Origin: Octopus sinensis
Lineage: Eukaryota
Direction: 5' to 3'
NCBI RefSeq assembly: GCF_006345805.1
Contig: NC_043008.1
Span: 68,386,001-68,450,000 of the forward strand
DNA length: 64,000 nt
The notes under the pieces were generated by a model. That model worked only from the letters and a program-made list of their open reading frames with translations. It ran no database searches and had not been told where the DNA came from. The position numbers were made by a program, and so were the translations under genes. Positions within the stretch are counted from its first letter, which is position 1. Every line of letters begins with the position of its first letter. Shown one piece after another: positions 52,508 through 64,000 of this stretch.

Positions 52508-53216
52508 GGTTGACCTGGAATTTTGCTGCGCATGTGCATTAAGTTTTAACGTTCTAGCTCAATTTTGCTGTTTACAGCAGTGCTTAGAAAGTGTGTAGTG
52601 TGTGATCTTTGTTTTGACCATGATAGAGAAAGTTGAGCTGAGGATCTGCATCAAATTTTATCAGAAGCTTGATGATACCTGCTCAGAGGCCTGTGCAAAG
52701 TTTTCAAAAAGTTTTCATCATTCTTGACACAATCAAAGAGATCTTGTGCAACTGAAACTCAAGTGTCTTTTTGGTTAGCTGAATGCAGTTTTGGCACGAA
52801 CTTAGCAGATGCAACTCATACCCAAATCTTCAGAGATAACGGACTGAACTGTAACTAATCTGCACATCCTCTGATAACTCACGGATGGTGATTCAATGGT
52901 TCCCTTCACAGCTGCACTCACATCTGCGATATTTTTCTCAGTTCTGCTGGTTGCAGGTCTCCCAGAACGTTTGTTGATATCGACATTTGTTTTGACCATC
53001 TTGGAAATATCTGTGCAGCTCATACACTCCTCTCCATACACTTTCTGCAACTTAGTGTAGGCCTCTGAGCAGGTATCGCCATGATAACTTTCTCTATCAT
53101 GGTTAATGCAATGGTTACATGCTACATACCTTCCTCCCAAGCACTGCTGTAAACAGCAGAAGTGAGCTAGGAAGTTAAAACTTAGTGCACATGCACAGCA
53201 GGGTTCACGGTCAATC
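52508..53216. mobile_element. Mariner-derived foldback: two transposase 5' ends facing each other
   Basis: Minus strand 53216 to about 52720 encodes DTCSEAYTKLQKVYGEECMS...RSGRPATSRT...EDLGM. Plus strand 52508-52702 encodes EKVELRICIKF...DTCSEA and is the inverted copy of 53049-53216. Confidence 0.75.
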
Positions 53217-53920
53217 TTTGCCAAGAATCTTTACTCTGCGTGCTTTAGCTTTCTTACTATGGCAACAGTCTGGATACTTATTGATCAGACCATGTGTATA
53301 TATAAACCTTGCTACAACTGACAATTGGAATCTGGACAGATCCCAGCTGGCCAGCTCCATATCAAACTGTCCAACCCATGCCAGCATGGAAAATGGATGT
53401 TAAATGATGATGATGATGATGTTTGTGTCTCCTTGTCTTGATATAGCCTTATAATTGTCAATGAGTGCCACTGTCATACAAGGAGTGTTATTCATTTGTA
53501 GTGTTCTGTGAAAACATGTCTGGCCAGGGAAAAATATTTCCTTGCTTGGCAACAGGTAACGGTTGGCTACAGGTAGGGCATCTGACCATAGGAAATCTAT
53601 TTCTATAAACTCTGTCTGACCCGTGCAGAAATAGATAAGTGGATGCTAAAAAAAACGATGATGATGATAAGGATGAGCTGTACCTGTGCCCAAACCTGGC
53701 TCTTTATTTTGTTGTTCCTAACAGGATAACGAGCAAATGTCAATTCTGAAGGATTTAAAAAATTTATGGCAGATGTGATGGCAGTGGGATGGGAATAGTA
53801 GTGCATACAAGGGGAGGAAAAGTAGAGGAGAACTCAAAATGTAGATCAGATGTAATTAAATGCAACATTTATATTTTAATCCATTGCTAAAACAGTTCTA
53901 CCATTCATGACCGTTATGAT

Positions 53921-54835
53921 AATAATCCTTTCTACTAAAGGCATAAGGCCTGAAATTTGGTGGGAGGAAACTAGTCAATTAATTTGAACCCAGTGTTTCA
54001 TTGGTACTTAATTTATCAACCCCAAAAGGACGAAAGGCAAAGTTGACCTCAGTGGAATTTGTACTCAAAACGTAGTAACAGACGAAATACCACTAAACAT
54101 TTTGCCTGGCGTGCCTACGATTCCACCAGCTCGCTGCCTTAACCCTTGTAATAATAATAATAATAATAATAATGATAATCCTTTCTACTGGAGGCATGAG
54201 GCCTCAAATTTGTGGGGTGGGGACTAGTCGATTATATTGACCCCAGTGTTTCACTGGTACATAATGTATCAACCCTGAAACGATGAAAGGCAAGGTCAAC
54301 CTTGGTGGAATTTGAACTCAGAACATACCAACGGGCGAAATACCACTAAATATTTTGTCTAGTGCGCTAACAATTCTGCCAGCTCACTGCCTTGATGATA
54401 ATGATAATCCTTTATACTTTAGGCACAAGACCTGAAATTTTGTTGATTATATTGACCTCAGTTTTCAACTGGTAATTATTTCATCTACCCCCAAAAAGAT
54501 GAAAGACCAAGTTGACACTGATTTGAACTCAGAATGTGAAGATGGATGAAATACTTTCAAACGTACAGTCTGGTGGAGTGATGATCCTGGCAACTTGCTG
54601 CCTTAATAATAATAATAATAGTTTCAAATTTTGGCACAGGGCCTGCTGTTTTGGGGGAGGAGGTTAGTCGATTACATCAACCCCAGTGCTCAACTGGTAC
54701 TTGTTTCATTGACCCCAAAAAGATGAAAGGCAAAGTTGATCTTGGTGGAATTTGAACTCAGTATGTAAAGATGGATGAAATGCTGTTGAGCAATTTACCC
54801 AACTTGTTAATGACTCTTCCAGCTGGCTGCCTTAC
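53921..54835 (-). mobile_element. Array of four head-to-tail tRNA-derived SINEs (second family) separated by (TAA)n
   Basis: Each unit read on minus: aaggcagcgagctggcagaa...gagttcaaattcc...ctttgcctttcatcc...gataaattaagtacc. The same family occurs at 22700-23460, 47090-47310 and 47900-48270. Confidence 0.8.
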
Positions 54836-55145
54836 TCACTCACTTACTCCACTCAATAATAATAATAATAATAATAATAGCAACAACAATAAACATTATA
54901 TACAATATTTTGAATGCAATAAAAACCAAAAAATCAAAACAAAACATTGCACATAACCAAGGTACACATGGCTCTGCTTGGTAGTGCAATGAAAATATGC
55001 AATAAAAATAGACTGCTGAATAATAATAATAAGACTAATACTTAAAAATAATAACTATATTGATGCTGTATTTCATGACATTAGCAGGAAGATGGTTAAA
55101 AATTTAAACTAATTTTTAAAACTTTACTTTCTTCTTGTTTTCCAG

Positions 55146-55250
55146 GGAAATTTATTAGATGAAGCTTCAGGCATTAAAAAACAAGAAAATACACTTGTTA
55201 TTACCAACTTTAAACCAAAGCAGACCAATATTGCAAGCTGGAATAAAAAG
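55146..55250 (+). CDS. EXOSC10: EXOSC10 exon 4
   Basis: ttgttttccAG / GTatta; GNLLDEASGIKKQENTLVITNFKPKQTNIASWNKK (conserved GxxLDEASG...SWN). Confidence 0.95.
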
Positions 55251-56087
55251 GTATTATATATAATAATCATATCATTATTCTGACAAAATATGTTTTGTTG
55301 AACTAATGATTTGGGCTTAAATATTTTATTCATTCTCAGAGTTCTTTATTCTAAGTGGTTGGACTTAGCTTCTTTTGAACTTGTCACTCTCTGAAATAAA
55401 TAAATAGATAAATAAATAAATACATGGGTGCTTTTATGTGCCACCAGCATGGGTGCCAATCCTGGTGTCATGTAAAAGCACCCATTACACACCTAAGTAG
55501 TTGGCATTAATAAGGACATCCAGCTGTAGAATCCATGTCAAATCAGACTGGAACCTGGTGCAGCTCTCTGGTTCATCAGCTCTAGTCAAACCATCTAACC
55601 CATGCCAGCATAGAGAGTGGACATTAAATGATGATGATGATACACTATTTGTTTCAACCCATCATGTACTGGTAGCTTGGAGATAAGATGCTGTACAAAT
55701 ATTTGTGGTGTATCACATGTGCAGACATGGCTCCCCAGGTGATTTCTATGCCATTTCCCTTGTTTACATATCAATACATTTTTGTACTTGTGATGTACTC
55801 ATCATCTACATAAGGAATTCTTGAAGTTAATGCAGTGGAATATACCTCCAGACTGTTGTTGACAGGTAGCTGAATATTGTGAACAAGCTTTAAACGGCAT
55901 ACTGCAAAGTGTATACCTGAATGTAAAATTATATAGGCGCAGGCATGGGTGTGTGGTAAGAAGCTTGCTTTCCACCAACATGGTTTCAGATTCAGTCCCA
56001 CTGTGGCGTCTTGGGCGTCTTCTACTATAGCCTCAGGCCAACCAAAGCTTTGTGTGTGGACTTGGTAGATGGAAACTGAAAGAAGTT

Positions 56088-56128
<41 letters not shown>

Positions 56129-56557
56129 GTGTATACTTATGTGTGTGTGTCTTTGTGTCTGTGTTTGTCTCTCCACCAATGCTTGACAACTGATGTTGGT
56201 GTGTTTACATACTCATAACTTAGCAGTTTGGCAAAAGAGACTGATAGAATAAGTACTAGGCCTATAAAGAATAAGTCCTAGGGTTGATTTCTTTGACTAA
56301 AATGCTTTAAGGCAGTACTCCAGCACAGCCACAGTCAGATGATTGAAACAAATAAAATGAAAAAAAAACATGATATAGGGGTAGTTGTGTGGTAAGAAGC
56401 TTGCTTCCCAACTAAATGGTTCCAGGTTGAGTCCCACTGCGTGGCACCTTGGGCAAGTAAGTGTCTTCTACTATAGCCTTGGGCTGACCAAAGCCTTGTT
56501 AGTGGATTTGGTAGACTGAAACTGAAAGAAGCCCATTGTATATATATATATGTATAT

Positions 56558-56628
<71 letters not shown>

Positions 56629-56661
56629 GTTTGGAGATGATATACAGGTATTATATATTAC

Positions 56662-56856
56662 AAGAAATGAGGTACTCAGAAATCTGGATGGTTTTATATT
56701 TACAGATATTTATTAGTATGTTTGAGTTCAATTTGAAGACTCCACTAGAATGGATGAAAGTGCTAATATATGATATATGATTTATAAAAACATTTAACAT
56801 ACTAATAAATATCTGTAAATATAAAACCATCCAGATTTCTGAGTACCTCGTTTCTT
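56662..56856. repeat. 61-bp inverted repeat with 73-nt spacer (long hairpin)
   Basis: 56662-56722 pairs with 56796-56856 with a single T-G wobble. Confidence 0.9.
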
Positions 56857-56859
56857 CTA

Positions 56860-56895
<36 letters not shown>

Positions 56896-56914
56896 GCACG
56901 CATGCATGCATGCA

Positions 56915-56947
<33 letters not shown>

Positions 56948-57511
56948 GTATTTGTGTGTCTGTGTTTGTCACCCCACCATCACTTGACAACTGATGTTGG
57001 TGTGTTTACATTCCCATAACTTAGTGGTTGAGCAAAAGTGATTGATAGAATAAGTCCTGAGAGTAGAGCAACAAAATCCAGGCTAGCAGATCCTTGGAAG
57101 TAATAATTACTCAATGAGGGGAGGGGTGCTCCACTAGTTACTGATAAAGCCGAAAATTCCTTAGTCATATGAAGGTTACATTGTCATTAAGGAATCCCTA
57201 GTTAACTTGCCACAGATCGAACTTTGATAGGAGAAAAGCCTAGAACCTTTGGCATCAATAAACTGTTACTGTTCCTGAAAGTTGTTTTTTATACTGTCTA
57301 TGGACTGCTCAAAGCTTATTAACTTTCTACACCCAGATCTTTGGATCTTACAATTGCCTATCTGTCTGTCTACCTGCCCACCCACATGGTTTGTATGGCT
57401 GGATGCCCTTCCTGACATGAACCATCTTACAGAGTGGACTGAGTGTTTTCTTTACAGAGAGAGAGAGAGAAAGAGAGGTACTTATTGCAATGTTATTTCT
57501 ACTTCCTCCAG

Positions 57512-57674
57512 CAGAGTCCAGCCAATACGCCTGCAGCTCCTAACAACTATAGATTGATTACAGGACGTCAACTTGTGAGACCACAAACTAAATTTACAGA
57601 TGACATTGATAATTCCAACAGTTCATTTGTCCCACGAATCCGAAGAAAGCCCAATGCTCTGAAATCACTTGAAG
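57512..57674 (+). CDS. EXOSC10: EXOSC10 exon 5
   Basis: cttcctccAG(cag) / GTcagt, phase 0 to 1; ...RLITGRQLVRPQTKFTDDIDNSNSSFVPRIRRKPNALKSLE (conserved RPQxKF..IDNS..F.P.I..KPNA). Confidence 0.95.
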
Positions 57675-58886
57675 GTCAGTCTCTATTCAAATTCTTTGTG
57701 TTTCTGATTCTTCTGCCATATAACCAACAATATTCTCTGTTACCTTTCTTCATCATTCTTTGTTTTTATTTTCAATATATATGAAATGCTAAATAAAATA
57801 AAACTAGTTCAAGTCAAAATATAGGCATAAAAACAATTTCAACAACCAACTAGTTGGTTAGTGGGTTAGTACTTAGTAAGCAAATTGAATAACAGATGCC
57901 TTTTACACATGCATACACACTCAAGTATGTACACATACATGTGCACTTGAATTTGTCCATACTGATTAGTAGGTTAATGTATGCTTTATTTAATACATGG
58001 AACATTCTGTGTAGTCTTTCTTCCCTCACTATTTTCACCTCTGTCATAGTTTGTACTTGACATATGTGGGTGTGTGGTAAAAAGTTTGTTTCCCAATCAT
58101 ATGGTTTTGGGTTCAATCCCACTTTTTGTATAGCCTTGGGCCAACCAAAGCTTTGTGGATATGGTAGATGGAAACTGAAAGGATACTGTTATGTTTGTGT
58201 GTGTGTATGTATGTATGTATGCATGTGTATATATTTATATATCATCATCATCATCATTAATGTTTGCTCCCCATGCTGGCATGGGTTGGACGGTTTGACA
58301 TGGAGCAGGTTAGCAGGTAGCTGTCCAGACTCCAGCTATCTGTTGTGGCATAGTTTCTACAACTGGATGCCCTTCCTAGTGCCAACCATTAAACAGAGTG
58401 TTCTGGGTGCTTTTTACATGCCACTGGCACAGGTGCCTTTGATGTGGCGCTGACACCTGAAAGGACAAGCCTGTATATGTGGAAGGGTGAAGTTGAATTT
58501 GACAGACGGAAACTGTATTGAAGCGTGTATTGATCCATTCACTTGTCCACGTGGTTTCAGATTCAGTCCCACTTTACTCAAGCTCTGGGTTGATTAAAGC
58601 CATATATACATGTGTGTGTGTTGACTTTGGCATTTATTTGAAAGCTATGATATTCCAGCAGTGTTGTTGTTGATATTTCTCCTATCAATAAGCTGTCCAC
58701 TTGCTTCATGTCTTCAAAGTTGTTTGGGATAGGAGATCACTTTCTTGTAGAGCAAATAAAGGTTAGCACCAGGAAGGGTGTCTAGCTGCAAAACTGCATC
58801 AATAACATATACATCTAACACAAGACAGCATCGAAAACTTGACAAGGTATATATAATCCCATGTTTTTCTCTTTTTCTTGTTGCAG

Positions 58887-58938
58887 AAAGCTTAAAGGTT
58901 GATGCTAATGCTGAAAATATATCAGACCCTGATTTTTC
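58887..58938 (+). CDS. EXOSC10: EXOSC10 exon 6
   Basis: cttgttgcAG / GTaagt, 52 nt, phase 1 to 2; (E)SLKVDANAENISDPDF. Phases fit exons 5 and 7. Confidence 0.85.
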
Positions 58939-60054
58939 GTAAGTTTTGTTCACTCATTAGGAAATGTTTTGTATTTTCATTTTTATGTTGCTTTGGTCAG
59001 CCTTGCTAGAGCAAGTCTAAAACTAGAATGCTAGAGTGTGGTTTCAGGGAAATTTGGTCCCTGTTTTAGCAACAACAATGATTCTAGGAACAAATGAATA
59101 GCAGACCTCTAGCAGATGTGATGTATCGACTCCAGAGACTTCTATTTCTTCCCAGTTTTGTTTATTCATTGTCTAGGAAGAAACATCAAGATCATTATCT
59201 GAAATTGTCAAAACTGTTTAGTTGGTTCAACAGGAGGAATAACTCTTAACATGGACTTTAATTGAAAATATTGTTTATAGTGAGATATAATTAAAGCTTT
59301 AGTCTCTTGTTTTGTCTGAAATATAAAAATATTCTGTAACCATAAAGCTGTATCGATTTATGGAGAGATTGATTATTGTAAAGAGGAAAGGTGATTAAGA
59401 TCATCGTCGTCATCATCATCGTTTTAGCGTCCACTTTTCCATGCTTACATGGCTTAGGTGGAATTCATTGAGACAGATTTTCTGTGATTGGATGCTCTTC
59501 CTGTCACCAACCCTCACTTGTTTGCAAGCAAGGTTATATTTTTCTATTGCCAGACATGTTTTTTACAGAAGATTGGAAGCAAACAACTTCACTTGCGTAA
59601 CAATGAGGTTCTTCTACAACCATCACAGGATATCAGGATATTATATATAATTTTATATATATATTCTTGTTTCAGTCATTTGACTATGGCCATGCAGGAG
59701 CACCACCTTAAAGGGGTTTTTCAGTCGAAGAAATCGACCTCAGGGCTTATTCTTTGTAAGCCTAGTACTTATTCTATCGGTCTCTTTTGCTGAATTTCTA
59801 AGCTATGGGGAGGTAAACACACCAACATCAGTTGTCAAGTGATGGTGAAAGGACAAACATGGACTGAAAGACACACAAATAAATATATGTATATATGACA
59901 GGCTTTCTTCAGTTTCTGTCTACCAAATCCACTCACAAGGCTTTGGTTGACCCGAGGCTATAGTAAAAAACACTTACCCAAGGTGCCACACAATGGGACT
60001 GAGCCTGGAACTATGTTGGGAAGCAAGCTTCTTATCACACAGCCAGGCCTTATA

Positions 60055-60086
<32 letters not shown>

Positions 60087-60110
60087 ATTTGAAACTGACT
60101 TATTGGAAGT

Positions 60111-60153
60111 CCACCTGAAGATTGTCGATCAAGACAAGAAACAATTGTAGTGG
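60111..60153 (+). ncRNA. Minimal type I hammerhead ribozyme motif, intact invariant core
   Basis: Stem I ccac/gtgg; CTGAAGA 60115-60121; stem II ttgtc/gacaa; GAAA 60138-60141; palindrome ACAATTGT 60141-60148; GUA triplet ending 60149. Confidence 0.65.
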
Positions 60154-60237
60154 TTTTTTTGACTATTTATTAAAATTTTATGTATTGATTAAGTCTTTCC
60201 TTGTTTGTTTTGCAAAATAGTGGTTTTGTCTCTAATA

Positions 60238-60295
<58 letters not shown>

Positions 60296-61621
60296 ATATG
60301 GTGGGCTTCTTTCAGTTTCCATCTACCAAATTCATTCACAAACCTTTGGTTAGCTCAGGATTATATTAGTAAAACACTTGCTCAGTGTGCCATGCAATAG
60401 GATTGATCCCTAGTCCCATGGTTTAGAAACAAAACTGCTTAATAATACACTCATGCCTGTTCCTTGATGTAAATGTTAATGGACACAGTGTTTATAAATA
60501 TATATATATATATCGAATTTGTTTTCTTTTGAACACATCAGCATGAGAGATGTAATGGCTACACATCGTTATAACATGTTATAACAATCTACTCTTTATG
60601 CTAAGAAGGAGACCTTTAACTGCCCTTGAACTTTGTTCCCTCCCCTATTATTATTCTTGTGTTTATGCTTTTGGTACACTCTACCCCCACTGCTAATTAT
60701 GTCATTTGTGTAGCTAAAGCTATCAACTATTTCTAGTGAGCCTTTAGAGTGTTTGAAGGAAGTTATTTTGCATATACTCTTACCACAAACTAATTGTATG
60801 TATCTGCTGACTGACTACTCTTGTGTTCTCCCCATGCAACCCTCTCCAGCTGAGCATCCCTGATCTTGTGGGCTCGTAGGTACGGTACCACATAAAAGCA
60901 CCCATGCTGGTGCTGTATAAAAGCACCCAGTTCACTCCTTAAGGTGGTTGGCATTAGGAAAGGCATCCAGCCATAGAAACCATGCTAAAGCAGTCATGGA
61001 GCCTGGACTGCTCTTCAGCTGACCAGCTCCTGTCAAGCCATCCAACCCATGCCAGCATGGAAAACGGATTTTAAATGATGATGATGATGATGTTGTCAGC
61101 ATATAATGGATACAATGATTACATCAGCAGCATCATCATCATTGTTTAACGTCTGCTTTCCATCCTGGCATGGGTTGGACAGTTTGACTGAGGACTGGTG
61201 AGCCAGAGGCTGCACCAGGCTCAATCTGCTCTGGCAAAGTTTCTACAGCTGAATGCCCTTCATAATGCCAACCACTCTGAGAGTGTAGTGGGTGCTTTTT
61301 ATGTGCCACTGGCACGAGGGTCAGTCAGGCAGTTCTGGCAACGACCACGCTCACGCTCAAAAAGTGTTTTTACATGCTACCTGCATGGGAGCCAGTCAGG
61401 CGGCACTGGCAACGACCACACTCATCCTTTATAATATAGTATTTTCATGTTCACGTAAAATTACTACAATATACATCCTGTATATTAAATGTGATGTTTA
61501 CAATTGAAATAAATATTCTGCCATATACATGCTGTATGATAAATGTAATGTTTACATAATAGCAAATCTTCAATCAATATAGTGGATGTAATTAAATATC
61601 AACCCAATCTCTGTGTTTCAG

Positions 61622-61697
61622 CTACCCACATCCGTACGCTTATGAACTGGAGCATTGGAAAGCAATGGACCATCAATTACAGAAATCCGAGGCAAAG
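61622..61697 (+). CDS. EXOSC10: EXOSC10 exon 7 (gene continues beyond the window)
   Basis: ctgtgtttcAG / GTaatg, phase 2 to 0; (S)YPHPYAYELEHWKAMDHQLQKSEAK (conserved HPYxYEL motif preceding the DEDD exonuclease domain). Confidence 0.95.
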
Positions 61698-62362
61698 GTA
61701 ATGGAAATATATTCTTCTGTAATGGCACCAACAATAACCTTCCATTCCTTATACTTTACCTCCATTATTATCATCATCATCATCAACAACACCCCTTTTC
61801 TCTGATTCTTGTTTTAGATGAATATATTATTGAGGCATTTTTTTGCTGCTGGAAACTCTGCTCTCTTTTTTTCACACTACTTTGAAGGCACAAAGCCAGC
61901 AGATGAATCTTTGTCTGCTTTCCATGCTAGGGGAAATAACATCAGTGCTCACAACTCAGTGATTTTTGGAGAAGTGTAAATGTAAGCAAGCACACACAGT
62001 TCCATAGCCTTTTAACTATGGGATCTGGTGTGGCCCCTAGCCTTGCCAGCCCCTGTCAAGCCGTCCAACTCATACCAATATGGAAAAGAGACATTAAAGG
62101 ATGATGACAATGATATAACAAGTTTCTTTCAGTTTCTATCCAGTTTTATCAGACCAGAAAAACACATTCGTCCAAGATGATGATCAGTGGGACTGAACCT
62201 GGAAACTAGAAATCATGTGGTTGAGCAGTAAACTTGTTAACCATACAGCCATGTGTGCATCTGTGGATTAGATTTTTAACTTATTGTAAACACTATCTGA
62301 GTTATTGGGAATAATAAACTTGGTGTCTAATGCGCGCTCGCACTTGTGTATATATATATATA

Positions 62363-62962
62363 TGGCACGTAAAATACTCCAATGCGACCGTACGACAGGC
62401 ACCCTTGCCAACCCCCTTTGCTTGTGAAGACATGTTGGGGCAAGCGAAATCGAAATCGAATTGAACCAGCCAGTATCCCTGGTCTGGTGGTACGTAAAGC
62501 ACTATCCGACTCGTGGCCGTGGCACGTAAAATACTCCAATGCGACCGTACGACAGGCACCCTTGCCAACCCCCTTTGCTTGTGAAGACATGTTGGGGCAA
62601 GCGAAATCGAAATCGAATTGAACCAGCCAGGATCCCTGGTCTGGTGGTACGTAAAAAGCACTATCCGACTCGTGGCCGATGCCAGCACCGCCTCGACTGG
62701 CTTCCGTGCCGGTGGCACATAAAATACACCAATCTGACCGTGGCCGTTGCCAGCCCCGCCTGGCACCTGTGCAGGTGGCACGTAAAAAGCACCCACTACA
62801 CTCACGGAGTGGTTGGCGTTAGGAAGGGCATCCAGCTGTAGAAACATTGCCAAATTAGACTGGAGCCTGGTGCAGCCTTCTGGCTTCCCAGAACCCCGGT
62901 CGAACCGTCCAACCCATGCTAGCATGGAGAACGGACGTTAAACGACGATGATGATGATGATG
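62363..62962 (+). mobile_element. Young SINE-like copy sharing the RTE 3' tail, with a 157-bp tandem duplication
   Basis: CpG-rich; 62363-62519 is repeated at 62520 to about 62679; ends ggacgttaaacgacgatgatgatg. Many tail-only copies elsewhere (e.g. 20590-20765 minus). Confidence 0.8.
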
Positions 62963-62999
62963 ATATATATATATACATATATATATATATATTTATATA

Positions 63000-63790
63000 T
63001 CATCATCATCATCATCAGTTAACGTCCATTGACCATGCTGGTATGGGTTGGATGGTTTAACTGGGTAGGCACGCTGGAAGCTGCACCTGACTCTTGTCTG
63101 ATTTGGCATGGTTTTCTATGGCTGAATCCCTTTCCTAACGCCAACCACTCCGAGAGTGTAATGGGTGCTTTTGTATGCAACTGATACAGGTACCAATTTG
63201 CATGACACCGGTATCTGCCACGGTATCTGATTTTGCTCAGCTTGATGGGTCTTCTTCCCAAGCATGACATAGTGCCAAAAGTTTTGATCATTGCCTCTGT
63301 GAGGACTAACACTCAGAAGGAACTCAGCCACTTCGCCTCTGTGAGACCCAATGCTCGAAAGGAACTCAGCCACCTTGCCTCTGTGAGGCCCAACACTGAA
63401 CAGGAACTTAGCCACCTTGCCTCCATGAGGTTCAGCGCTCTTGAAAGGGACTCAGCCACTTTGTTTCTGTGAAGCTCAAGTTCAAAAGATGTTCTTTACA
63501 TGCCACCAGCATGGGTGCACTTGGCTTGATGGGTCCTCTCAAGCACAGCACATCGCCAAAGGTCTCGGTCACCAGTCATTGCCTCTGTGAGGCCCAAAGT
63601 TCGAAGATCGTGCTTCACCACCTCATCCCATGTCTTCCTGGGTCTACCTCTACCACAGGTTCCCTCCACAGTTAGAGATCGGCACTTCTTTATACAACTT
63701 CCTCGTCCATATGTCTCACATGACCATACCAGTGCATTCATATCTCTTGCACATCACATCTGATTCCTCTTATGCCTAACTTTTCTCTCA
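63000..63790 (-). mobile_element. RTE LINE 3' fragment with 42-bp x4 internal repeat
   Basis: EGTCGRGRPRKTWDEVVKHDLRTLGLTEAMT; four gcctctgtgagg...gaactcagccac units from 63293. Confidence 0.85.
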
Positions 63791-63818
63791 AGATGCTTAT
63801 ATATACACACACACACGA

Positions 63819-63920
63819 TTCGATGGGTAAAGGTTGCCATTTTATACTTTTAATTTTGTGCATGCACATTACTTGTTTGTGATTTTGTCAATTACACAGT
63901 ATAGTAGGGTCAGTTGGGCA
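63819..63920 (+). mobile_element. 5'-terminal fragment of the same DD37D element family
   Basis: cgatgggtaaaggttgccattttata...tatagtagggtcagttgggc matches the reverse complement of about 3622-3720. Confidence 0.8.
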
Positions 63921-64000
63921 AAAATATCATCATGATGCATTTCATTCCGCTAGAAATTTGGTAATGGTGGTGAGCTGGCAGAAACGTTAGCACGTTGGGC

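Noticed and set aside
58887-61697. Suspected missing EXOSC10 exon because the KPNA-to-HPY linker is about 20 aa shorter than the human one (recalled from memory)
   Set aside because: Phases of exons 5, 6 and 7 join cleanly, and the short linker resembles fungal Rrp6 as recalled (KPNALKPLxESL...YPHPY), so it is probably ancestral.
62302-62925. 207-aa minus-strand ORF
   Set aside because: Lies entirely in a SINE with a tandem duplication; the peptide repeats mirror the DNA duplication.

Overview
AT-rich, microsatellite- and transposon-dense animal genomic DNA; the SINE/RTE-LINE/MITE repertoire points to a coleoid cephalopod, most likely Octopus (inference). Two plus-strand spliced genes were reconstructed by hand from GT-AG sites with consistent intron phases. 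(1) A 5'-incomplete 9-exon gene (7454-26200; 4314 coding nt including the stop, 1437 aa) encoding a multi-domain zinc-finger protein: two copies of an unusual two-exon Cys/His module (C-C-HxHCPxC-H-H/C), a possible KH-like exon, a KxTQT motif, two AT-hooks, 10 C2H2 + 2 C2HC fingers and a 7x octapeptide C-terminal repeat. (2) The 5' part (exons 1-7, 40711-61697) of EXOSC10/Rrp6, the nuclear RNA exosome exonuclease, which continues beyond the window. The remainder is Tc1/mariner fossils (two DD37D-type with TIRs, one DD34E fragment, one mariner foldback), non-autonomous Helitrons, piggyBac- and mariner-type MITEs, RTE LINE fragments, several SINE families and Penelope-like terminal repeats. The most striking non-coding signal is a set of minimal type I hammerhead ribozyme motifs with palindromic stem III. 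Two have all invariant core nucleotides intact on the sense strand of EXOSC10 introns 1 and 6 (44701-44788, 60111-60153), and there are degenerate copies and long intronic hairpins. No CRISPR, rRNA or bona fide tRNA genes were seen. All calls are by eye; no searches were run.
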